Made by a program: the position numbers and the translations under genes
Virus record (IMG/VR): IMGVR_UViG_3300032435_000033
Coordinates: 1-37,987 of that record
From: a virus
Direction: 5' to 3' (one strand)
DNA: 37,987 bases
Notes under the pieces: generated by a model
What the model was told of the DNA's origin: nothing
The model's database searches: none
What the model saw: the letters and a program-made list of their open reading frames with translations, nothing else
In this document: piece after piece, positions 1 to 6,544 of the stretch
Layout: every line of letters starts with the position of its first letter
Numbering within the stretch: position 1 is the stretch's first letter

Positions 1-127
1 ATTGGCAACAAGTATCTGGTCCGCTGGTGGGTAGCAAAAAACATGACGGACCACGACACGCCAAATCTTGAGCGCATTCAGCCGCATACAAGGCAGACCA
101 GCTGGTACAACATTTATCTGCATTGCG
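1..127. repeat. Terminal overlap, copy 1 (identical to 37861..37987)
   Basis: Base-for-base identity read directly: attggcaacaagtatctggtccgctgg...catttatctgcattgcg at both ends. Confidence 0.95.
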
Positions 128-441
128 TTAACACAAGCGACGATGAACGCGCCCTGCATGACCATCCCTGGCTGAATATCAGCGTTATTTTGCGAGGCAG
201 CTACCGCGAAGTTTATGCCGATCGCGCACGCATCCGTAAGCCAGGGGACATCGTTCTCAGATTCGGCCACACCGCTCACCGGCTTGAGGTTGTCGATGGC
301 CCGGTCTGGTCACTTTTTATCACGGGCCCGAAGTATCGAGAATGGGGCTTCCGCTGCGTCTCCGGATGGCGTCACTGGAAACAGTTTACCAGCTACGAAT
401 CAGATGGTGATTCAACCCGGATCGGCAAAGGCTGTGAATGA
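1..441 (+). CDS. C-terminal part of the same junction-spanning protein; cupin-like metal-site residues
   Basis: The open frame runs from nt 1. It contains ...ALHDHPW... and ...PGDIVLRFGHTAHRL..., which resemble cupin HxH / H motifs. The function is not established. Confidence 0.55.
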   Translation: MGNKYLVRWWVAKNMTDHDTPNLERIQPHTRQTSWYNIYLHCVNTSDDERALHDHPWLNISVILRGSYREVYADRARIRKPGDIVLRFGHTAHRLEVVDGPVWSLFITGPKYREWGFRCVSGWRHWKQFTSYESDGDSTRIGKGCE

Positions 442-608
442 AACTCACCGTGATAGACGACCTGCATTACATGGTCGTGCCGGGTTTCATTCTTTACGCC
501 CAGAACCCCGATCTGCTCTGGCCAAGCTATATGGCGCTGGTGCAACACTATCCAGAGCTGGTGAAGGATCGGCGACAAGAAACTGTTTATGTCAAATGTG
601 TTGAGTAG
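438..608 (+). CDS. Small hypothetical protein (56 aa, below the ORF-track cutoff)
   Basis: ATG 438 overlaps the upstream stop (ATGA at 438-441). There are 56 uninterrupted codons (MKLTVIDDLHYMVVPGF...VYVKCVE) ending at TAG 606-608. Confidence 0.4.
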   Translation: MKLTVIDDLHYMVVPGFILYAQNPDLLWPSYMALVQHYPELVKDRRQETVYVKCVE

Positions 609-649
609 CAATTAAGCCAGCCGAATCAACAGAATAAAAGGATAGAAGC

Positions 650-844
650 ATGATTTTTCAAACAAAAATGCTGACGTATTACAAGCCACTAACACGCGAC
701 ATCAAGATTGATCTCGACCTGACCCAAGAAGAAGCGGCTGTCGTGCTGCAGGCTTATGACTATGGCGTCTATGATTTACCGCAGGAGTCGATTCAAATTC
801 TCGACAGGATAATCGCTAAACTTAAACAGCAGATTTGGCCTTGA
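650..844 (+). CDS. Hypothetical protein (64 aa)
   Basis: ATG start with AAAGGA upstream. It lies in the same-strand gene string. Confidence 0.5.
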   Translation: MIFQTKMLTYYKPLTRDIKIDLDLTQEEAAVVLQAYDYGVYDLPQESIQILDRIIAKLKQQIWP

Positions 845-863
845 GTGCGGCGAAGGAGGCAAT

Positions 864-1025
864 GTGACAGACATTGAGACGATTAAAAACGTGATGGCAC
901 CTTGCCTGTTCTGTGGCGGCCCTCCATGTTTACATATCGCGATCCCTTTTCCTGATGACCCAGAGCTTTGTGAATGGGCAGATGCGCACGTCTGGTGCCA
1001 TGAGGAATACCACTATGATCTTTAA
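864..1025 (+). CDS. Small Cys/His-rich zinc-ribbon-like protein, possibly Lar-type restriction alleviation (53 aa)
   Basis: GTG 864 sits 4-5 nt after a strong AAGGAGG. The translation is VTDIETIKNVMAPCLFCGGPPCLHIAIPFPDDPELCEWADAHVWCHEEYHYDL. The PCxFCGG start resembles Lar-family proteins. It is missed by the ORF track (<60 aa). Confidence 0.4.
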   Translation: MTDIETIKNVMAPCLFCGGPPCLHIAIPFPDDPELCEWADAHVWCHEEYHYDL

Positions 1026-1437
1026 AGGGGATTACTTCTTCTTGTCAAACTTCTACCCTGCGAAGGTTAGCTATCAGGGAAGAGTATTCCCCTCAAGTGA
1101 ACATGCGTATGTGTCCATGAAGTTTTCTGAGGAGTTCAGGGATCAGTTTGTTGACCCGATGATGAGCGCAGGTCAGGCCAAGAGAATTGGCAGAACTTCC
1201 AAGCTCAGATTTGGGTGGGCACAAAGAAAAAACAAAATAATGTTTCATGTAGTAGAGGCAAAATTCAGACAGAACCCCGATCTGGCAAATATGTTGATCC
1301 GGGTTCAAGGGGAAATTGTTGAGCACAACACACACCGGGATAGGTACTGGGGAGTGTTTGAGGGAGATGGTAAAAACCATCTTGGGATTATCCTTATGCA
1401 GATCAGACAGAGGCTGATACAGGAGTTAGTTCAGTGA
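1015..1437 (+). CDS. NADAR (YbiA/DUF1768) family protein
   Basis: MIFKGDYFFLSNFYPAKVSYQGRVFPSSEHAYVSMKF...RYWG matches NADAR hallmark segments (FLSNFYP, F.S.EH.Y). ATG 1015 is preceded by GAGGA. The 913 start of the ORF track would overlap the upstream small gene. Confidence 0.7.
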   Translation: MIFKGDYFFLSNFYPAKVSYQGRVFPSSEHAYVSMKFSEEFRDQFVDPMMSAGQAKRIGRTSKLRFGWAQRKNKIMFHVVEAKFRQNPDLANMLIRVQGEIVEHNTHRDRYWGVFEGDGKNHLGIILMQIRQRLIQELVQ

Positions 1438-1566
1438 GAAAAACCCGTGACAAGAAAAGACTTCCCAATAATATCCAGATGACAAAACGGGAAGGCTAAA
1501 GGGCTATGGCAATGCGATCAACGCAAAAGCGGCCGAAGAATTCATAATAACTGCAATGGGGTAAAC

Positions 1567-1947
1567 ATGAAAAATAGCGTGCTGAAAACAGGGGAGCTTG
1601 AATCTGCCGGTGCCTTCTTGTCGAGCGAGGATTTTTCTGTCTTGCTTGGCTTTTACGAGCAGTCTGGGGACTCGGATGCGGACGGGTACACCGCATCCAA
1701 GCAGGAGTTACTCAGGTTAGCAGAGCTAGGAGTTGTGCGGAGTCACGGGAGGAACGTTCACTCTGTCACCACGTTTGGCCACTGGCTGATCGAAACAACG
1801 TTTGCCCAGCATCCATCGCTGCCGCTGCAAACTGCGGAGGATTACAACGCCTCCCAAAAAGCAACCATGGATACAGTGATATACGCCAACAAGGGGGATA
1901 AGGAGCATGATAATGCAATCACCGCAGCAAAGGAGCGCGGACAATGA
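1567..1947 (+). CDS. Hypothetical protein (126 aa)
   Basis: ATG start. The stop overlaps the next ATG (ATGA at 1944-1947). Confidence 0.55.
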   Translation: MKNSVLKTGELESAGAFLSSEDFSVLLGFYEQSGDSDADGYTASKQELLRLAELGVVRSHGRNVHSVTTFGHWLIETTFAQHPSLPLQTAEDYNASQKATMDTVIYANKGDKEHDNAITAAKERGQ

Positions 1948-2273
1948 CGCCAGCCAACAATGCGCCAGTCTACGCGAGCATGTACAAAGAGCTTGCAGAG
2001 ATTGCCAGAGAGCACGGCTATGCGCTTGCTATTCACGGTAGTTTATCGCGGGATTTTGACCTTGTTTGTGTTCCGTGGGCGAACGCTGTCAACTCTCCCG
2101 AGCGAGTTGTTAAAGATATTACAGCCACTTTCGGATTTAGAGAAATCGGCACACCAGAAATCAAAGAACATTCGAGAGTTGTTTACACGATTGGATCGCA
2201 ATGGGGAGACTGCTTTCTGGATATATCTTTTACGCCATCGAGCCAATCTAAAGCAGCAAAGGAATCAACATGA
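1944..2273 (+). CDS. Hypothetical protein (109 aa) with a GS...DxD segment (weak nucleotidyltransferase-like hint)
   Basis: It is translationally coupled on both sides. AIHGSLSRDFDLVCVPW is only loosely reminiscent of pol-beta-type NTase motifs. Confidence 0.5.
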   Translation: MTPANNAPVYASMYKELAEIAREHGYALAIHGSLSRDFDLVCVPWANAVNSPERVVKDITATFGFREIGTPEIKEHSRVVYTIGSQWGDCFLDISFTPSSQSKAAKEST

Positions 2274-2854
2274 GGAATGATCTGCCCGCTTCAAAAAAGA
2301 AATCCAAGTGGCTCGATCGGTTGCCGGAAATCAGGGCGATGGCCGGCAGGATTCCGGCAAGCGAGATCGCTAAAAGAATGGGCACCACGCCCGCCAATCT
2401 GTCGTTTTTATGCTCAACGCACAAGATCAGTTTGCGCATAAGATCCGGCGCCACTCCCCCGCCTCCCGAGCCGGTGATAACTGAGCCCCCTTTGCGGTTT
2501 GTCAACCGGGATCCGATTCCATGGGCGGAACGCGCACCGATCATAAAAGCCATGGCGGGCCAGGCGTCGCCAGATCAGATCGCGGCAAAACTCGATATAT
2601 CCACCGGCAGGCTTTACCAGTTGTGCGCAGTGCATGGAGTGAGTTTAAAAGTGCCGCGACCCGCTGATCCGGTAAGACAGTTGAAGGATGGAAGGTTTAA
2701 GAAGCGCCAGCAGCGAGATCCAGTGCTGGTGAATCAGGATCGCTGCGAGGCAGCCAGCAAGCTGCTGCGCGATGCAGGCTACACCGTATTGCGCCCGGAT
2801 CCTTTCCGCGACCTTATCGATGCCTCGAAACGTCAGAAACAGTCAATCAGATGA
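2270..2854 (+). CDS. Putative DNA-binding protein with two tandem HTH-like repeats
   Basis: Internal duplication: IRAMAGRIPASEIAKRMGTTPANLSFLCSTHKISLRI and IIKAMAGQASPDQIAAKLDISTGRLYQLCAVHGVSLKV. Confidence 0.6.
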   Translation: MRNDLPASKKKSKWLDRLPEIRAMAGRIPASEIAKRMGTTPANLSFLCSTHKISLRIRSGATPPPPEPVITEPPLRFVNRDPIPWAERAPIIKAMAGQASPDQIAAKLDISTGRLYQLCAVHGVSLKVPRPADPVRQLKDGRFKKRQQRDPVLVNQDRCEAASKLLRDAGYTVLRPDPFRDLIDASKRQKQSIR

Positions 2855-3279
2855 TTATGCTACCGCGCTACATCCGCCACCGTGACGCACCCGGCTACCT
2901 CGGAATGGATAAGAACAGATTTTATAAAGAGGTGCGACCCTATCTGATCGTAATCCCGATCGGCAGACAGGGAGTGGCATACGACCGGCTTGACCTTGAT
3001 GCGTGGGCGGACCAATATAAGAGCTGCAACGGACGTCCCGCAAAACTAACAGGAGAAATGCAATGGGGCGAAAAAAGACGCCAGGACTCGTCAAACGAGG
3101 CGACATGTGGCACATCGACAAATCGATCAGAGGGCACGGACGACTTTGCGAAAGCACTGGAACTGATTCGCTCGCAGCAGCCGAAGAATACCTGCGGCAA
3201 CGCATCGAGGAGATCCGGGCGCGCCGGTTCCAGACGCGCCCGGTCCGACTCTGGCAAGACGCAGCGGCAAAGTACCTGA
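2851..3279 (+). CDS. xis: Excisionase/AlpA-type HTH protein (Xis candidate) with a long C-terminal extension overlapping int
   Basis: The N-terminal ~60 aa (LPRYIRHRDAPGYLGMDKNRFYKEVRPYLIVIPIGRQGVAYDRLDLDAWADQYK) look like excisionase-family HTH. It lies directly upstream of the integrase. The last 217 nt overlap int in another frame. Confidence 0.55.
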   Translation: MIMLPRYIRHRDAPGYLGMDKNRFYKEVRPYLIVIPIGRQGVAYDRLDLDAWADQYKSCNGRPAKLTGEMQWGEKRRQDSSNEATCGTSTNRSEGTDDFAKALELIRSQQPKNTCGNASRRSGRAGSRRARSDSGKTQRQST

Positions 3280-4208
3280 TCGACAACCAGGCGCGGGCAT
3301 CGATCGTTGATGACTCGTATCATCTGGAGGATTTAAACCCATACATTGGGCAGCTGAGTTTGCAGCAGGTGCACGATGACACGCTGGCCAGCTTCGTTAA
3401 AGCGCGTCGGGAAAAGGGTAGAAAAACAAAGTCGATCAATCTGGCGCTGGGTTTAGTACGCAAAATATTGAATCTTGCCAGCAGATCATGGCGCCATCCG
3501 GACAGCGGTTTAACGTGGCTGGAAGTGCCGCCAATGATCACCATGCAGCAGCCGCCTAAAGGTATGAGCGATGCGGCAAAGGCGTACCCACTGGACTGGG
3601 ATGAGCAGGACAGGTTGATTATGACCCAACCGGCACATCTTGCCAGAATGACGCTGTACAAAGTCAACACAGGATGCCGGCAGGCGGAGGTTTGCGGGCT
3701 GCGTTGGAAGTGGGAGTGGCATACGGATAATGATGAGCTGAAGGGACGCGTGTTTATCATTCCTGGCGACGAGGAGCTGACGCCCGGCAAAGGAGTTAAG
3801 AACCGACAGGATCGACTGGTGGTACTTAACGACATTGCCAAGTCAGTGGTCGACTCGCAGCGTTCAGTGCATCCGACTCACGTGTTCAGCTATAACGACA
3901 AGCCAGTGAGCAGGATGAACAACAGCAGCTGGAGTAAAGCGTGGATCCGCGCCGGCCTGCCGACTGATGAGAAGCACCTGAAAGGCGTACACAATTTAAG
4001 GCACACATTCGGTCGCCGGTTACGGGCTGCAGGTGTTGCTTTGGAGACAAGGAAGGTGCTGTTGGGTCACAGCAATGGCGACATCACGTCGCATTATTCT
4101 GCCCCGGAAATACAGGAGTTACTCAGCGCTGTGAGCAAGCTTTGCGAAAGGAAATCACGCAAAAATCACGCACTGAATATTGTAAGGCTGAAGGTGGTGA
4201 ACGGATAA
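3063..4208 (+). CDS. int: Tyrosine recombinase / phage integrase
   Basis: The C-terminal catalytic region has HNLRHTFGRRL and LLGHSNGDITSHY (R..HxxR..Y pattern). It is adjacent to a tRNA-derived attP core. Confidence 0.9.
   Translation: MGRKKTPGLVKRGDMWHIDKSIRGHGRLCESTGTDSLAAAEEYLRQRIEEIRARRFQTRPVRLWQDAAAKYLIDNQARASIVDDSYHLEDLNPYIGQLSLQQVHDDTLASFVKARREKGRKTKSINLALGLVRKILNLASRSWRHPDSGLTWLEVPPMITMQQPPKGMSDAAKAYPLDWDEQDRLIMTQPAHLARMTLYKVNTGCRQAEVCGLRWKWEWHTDNDELKGRVFIIPGDEELTPGKGVKNRQDRLVVLNDIAKSVVDSQRSVHPTHVFSYNDKPVSRMNNSSWSKAWIRAGLPTDEKHLKGVHNLRHTFGRRLRAAGVALETRKVLLGHSNGDITSHYSAPEIQELLSAVSKLCERKSRKNHALNIVRLKVVNG
4152..4173 (+). repeat. Tandem 11-mers AAATCACGCAA/AAATCACGCAC; candidate integrase arm-type sites (left arm)
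   Basis: Read directly. The same 11-mer recurs at 4379-4400 on the other side of the tRNA-like core. Confidence 0.45.
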
Positions 4209-4241
4209 GACTTCTAAGCCACTGTTATTACTTACTTTATC

Positions 4242-4291
4242 TGGTGCACCCGGCATGATTCGAACATGCGACCCCCTAGTTCGTAGATAGG
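4242..4291 (-). other. attP core: 3' portion of a tRNA-Arg(ACG)-like gene (anticodon loop to CCA), not a full tRNA
   Basis: The minus strand reads CCTAT-CTACGAA-CTAGG-GGGTC-GCATG-TTCGAAT-CATGC-CGGGTGC-A-CCA. This gives an anticodon loop with ACG, variable loop, T arm, 3' acceptor strand, discriminator and CCA. No matching 5' acceptor strand or D arm lies upstream. Confidence 0.7.
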
Positions 4292-4378
4292 GATTGCGTC
4301 AAGAAGACACTGATTTTAAACAACAAAACGTTGGCGTTCGTTGCAGATTGTCAGCTTAAAGCACTACTAATCGTCACT

Positions 4379-4400
4379 AAATCACGCAAAATCTACGCAA
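4379..4400 (+). repeat. Tandem 11-mers AAATCACGCAA/AATCTACGCAA; candidate integrase arm-type sites (right arm)
   Basis: Read directly. The orientation matches the 4152-4173 pair. Confidence 0.45.
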
Positions 4401-4465
4401 GGTTTATAAGCCAGATTCGGATAAACGAATATTCATTGATCGTCCCGATATTTTCCCTGGCTCTT

Positions 4466-4918
4466 TTACACCCCCAGCGCCGCCCGCTCATCTCTGCCCC
4501 ATTGACGGACCGACTCAACGAACTCGCCAAAAATAGTCATCTCCTGCATCTCCGATTCATCCGGCAGATAAAGGCCCGTTGCAGCCCCGACCCCGATACG
4601 AGCAAAATACATCTCATCATCAATGCTGTACGCAGCGCGGATCTGGTCAATCATGCGCTGCGCGATCAATCTGCAAGATGGGCTGGCCGCCTTTATAGAT
4701 GACCTCAAACTGCTCGTAAGAGTGACAACACTGACGCTTGTGGCTATCTCAGCGGGCTGATCAGCTGAGAGATTGACTCCGTCGGGCAGCGATATGTAAG
4801 TCACTCCATCAACCGTCGCCAGCTCTGTGCCTTGCCGCTCTCCGTTGATGGTTGGCAGATTGATCTCAACTGTACGCTGGCTGTCGATAAATTTCTGGTA
4901 ACTGTAAATAGACGGCAT
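4466..4918 (-). CDS. Hypothetical protein (150 aa) immediately downstream of the DGR RT
   Basis: ATG 4918 has GGAG 9 nt upstream. The first 53 nt overlap the RT 3' end. It is the last gene of the late operon before attP. Confidence 0.55.
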   Translation of the reverse strand: MPSIYSYQKFIDSQRTVEINLPTINGERQGTELATVDGVTYISLPDGVNLSADQPAEIATSVSVVTLTSSLRSSIKAASPSCRLIAQRMIDQIRAAYSIDDEMYFARIGVGAATGLYLPDESEMQEMTIFGEFVESVRQWGRDERAALGV

Positions 4919-5870
4919 AATGATTGCTCCGGAGATTATTAATCAATGATCTTAAAGTATGAGTGTTTTTGGCGTGACCTAGTATTGATATCACGCTATC
5001 AAGTTTGGATTTTTTAGCTGCTTTGGTGAAATTGTACAAACTGTGTTTCCGGATAAATCGCTTGCCGGCCCAGGTGCGGTAGCCGACAAAGTTGATGCCG
5101 CGGCTCACAGGAGCAATGGTGTGCTTAGAGAACTCAAGGTTGAGACGAGACGCAATGAAGTGCTCGATCTGATCCTTGTAATCAACGCACTGCTGGCGGC
5201 TCAGGCCGAACAGCACGAAATCATCAACGTAACGACAGTAAAAATCCACCTTGAGCTCGCGTTTGATAAAATGATCCAACGGATTAAGATAGATCAGCGC
5301 ATAGACTTGGCTGAGCAGATTCCCGATAGGAATTCCCACCGGCTCACCGTATTCGGCAAACGTCATCATCAGATCGACAAAGCGGCGGTCCTTGATCACT
5401 CGCTCCAGTTGGCCGCGTAGGACCACCCTATCAATCCGATAAAAGAATTTACGGATATCCAGCTTGATTGCGCAGCTGTCCCGTGGACATGCTTGCAGGG
5501 CTTCCTGGGCGTAATCAGCCGCCTTATGCGTGCCCTTTCCTTTGCGGCAGGCAAAGGACTGGTCGATAAACGTCTTGTCAAACAGCGGGTAGACCAAGCG
5601 GTAAATAGCATGCTGAACAACCGTGTCCCTGAATGCCGGCGCGAAGATCCGGCGCGGCTTGGGCTCATACACCATAAAGCTGTAGTAAGGCTTGATCGTG
5701 TAGGTGCCTTCGCTTAATTCGTCGTGCAGAGCGCTGAGATTCGATGCCAGTGTCCTCTCAAAATTGAAGCAGGCTCTGGTTGCGCGCTTGCCTCGGCGCG
5801 CATCCAAGTAGGCCCGATACAGCGCCAGGGGTGTAAAGGCCCGCTCATATAAATGTCCGTGACGTTTCAT
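4866..5870 (-). CDS. DGR-type reverse transcriptase
   Basis: It carries the RT motifs PKPRRIFAP, GIPIGNLLSQ (the [I/L]GxxxSQ signature of DGR RTs) and YVDDFVLF. Its size (334 aa) and its position 130 nt downstream of TR also fit. Confidence 0.92.
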   Translation of the reverse strand: MKRHGHLYERAFTPLALYRAYLDARRGKRATRACFNFERTLASNLSALHDELSEGTYTIKPYYSFMVYEPKPRRIFAPAFRDTVVQHAIYRLVYPLFDKTFIDQSFACRKGKGTHKAADYAQEALQACPRDSCAIKLDIRKFFYRIDRVVLRGQLERVIKDRRFVDLMMTFAEYGEPVGIPIGNLLSQVYALIYLNPLDHFIKRELKVDFYCRYVDDFVLFGLSRQQCVDYKDQIEHFIASRLNLEFSKHTIAPVSRGINFVGYRTWAGKRFIRKHSLYNFTKAAKKSKLDSVISILGHAKNTHTLRSLINNLRSNHYAVYLQLPEIYRQPAYS

Positions 5871-6000
5871 TGCGCCTGACCTTCGAGACCGGCATCGGCC
5901 CTACCAGAAAGGCGAATGCACGCCGATTTCGCAGCCAGCAGCTGCCGGAAAACATCTCCCTTGGCTCCACCATCATCCTTCGATGCGTTTGGTAAATCCG
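5871..6000 (-). ncRNA. TR-RT spacer, expected to be part of the DGR template RNA
   Basis: This is a 130-nt non-coding gap between TR and the RT start codon. In characterised DGRs this spacer is co-transcribed with TR and takes part in priming. No structure was verified here. Confidence 0.4.
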
Positions 6001-6118
6001 AGTCCGCGCGAAACCCCACGTTGTTGTTCGAGTTCGTCCGCGAGTTGTTCAGGTTCAGCGCCCAGAGCCCGGCATTCGCGCCATTGTTCCAGTTGCCGCC
6101 CGATAGAGGGCACATATT
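6001..6118 (-). repeat. DGR template repeat (TR)
   Basis: A 118-nt near-copy of 6556-6673 (constant offset 555). Read in the VR frame it holds 12 AAY codons. It abuts and overlaps the avd stop codon (6117-6119). Confidence 0.9.
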
Positions 6119-6527
6119 AAGATGTCTCCCGTTTATCAGGGCCATGCTCGACAGCCATCCAGCCGCCAATCATGCGCCCTAATTCATCGACCATCAGCGA
6201 GATGGTCATGTATCTGTTTTCGGCCAATCGCTCAGGCTGCACGTCACTGGTTTTGCCGTCCCTGAACTGGAAATAGCCCAGCTCAAAGGCCAGGCGCAGA
6301 AACATTCGCAGCTGCTCATGCTTGATATCCAAGTTCGTGAGCGTCGTCTTTTTGTGATAGCGCTTTTGTGCCTCGACGATGTGCCCATACACGTCATAAG
6401 CGGTGCGCCGGATATCTTGAGCCAGTGCGTACTTTTCGTGCCTAGGAAAATGGTTCAAATACACATTCATCAGCTTTGCGAACTCAGTGAATTTTTTGTC
6501 CAGTTTTGCTTCGGAGTGAAGGGCCAT
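6117..6527 (-). CDS. avd: Accessory variability determinant (four-helix-bundle Avd family)
   Basis: A 136-aa protein. ...NHFPRHEKYALAQDIRRTAYDVYGHIVEAQKRY... matches the four-helix-bundle (23S rRNA IVS protein-like) family pattern. It lies between the target gene and TR, as in BPP-1. Confidence 0.85.
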   Translation of the reverse strand: MALHSEAKLDKKFTEFAKLMNVYLNHFPRHEKYALAQDIRRTAYDVYGHIVEAQKRYHKKTTLTNLDIKHEQLRMFLRLAFELGYFQFRDGKTSDVQPERLAENRYMTISLMVDELGRMIGGWMAVEHGPDKRETS

Positions 6528-6544
6528 CGCTATCGCTCAACCCC

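Noticed and set aside
1-127. Biological direct terminal repeat, LTR or attL/attR duplication
   Set aside because: The repeat is exactly 127 nt, sits inside an uninterrupted CDS, and the terminase is of the cos (lambda gpA) type. Circular-assembly overlap is the simpler explanation.
913-1014. N-terminal extension of the NADAR ORF from GTG 913
   Set aside because: The extension is not NADAR-like and would overlap the RBS-supported small Cys-rich ORF. ATG 1015 has its own GAGGA.
3320-3841. 173-aa minus-strand ORF
   Set aside because: It is antisense to the integrase gene, and its Ser/Cys/Arg-rich composition is typical of shadow ORFs.
4242-4325. Complete tRNA gene on the minus strand
   Set aside because: Only the anticodon loop through CCA is present. 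The upstream sequence offers no complementary 5' acceptor strand (GCACCCG) or D arm, and the anticodon stem has a terminal mismatch. It is interpreted as the attP core.
5867-6169. 100-aa minus-strand ORF (MAAGWLSSMALINGRHLNMCPLSGGNWNNGANAGLWAL...)
   Set aside because: It is simply TR read in the VR frame, extended through the spacer. It overlaps the avd 3' end and has no independent start signal. It is treated as the TR, not a gene.
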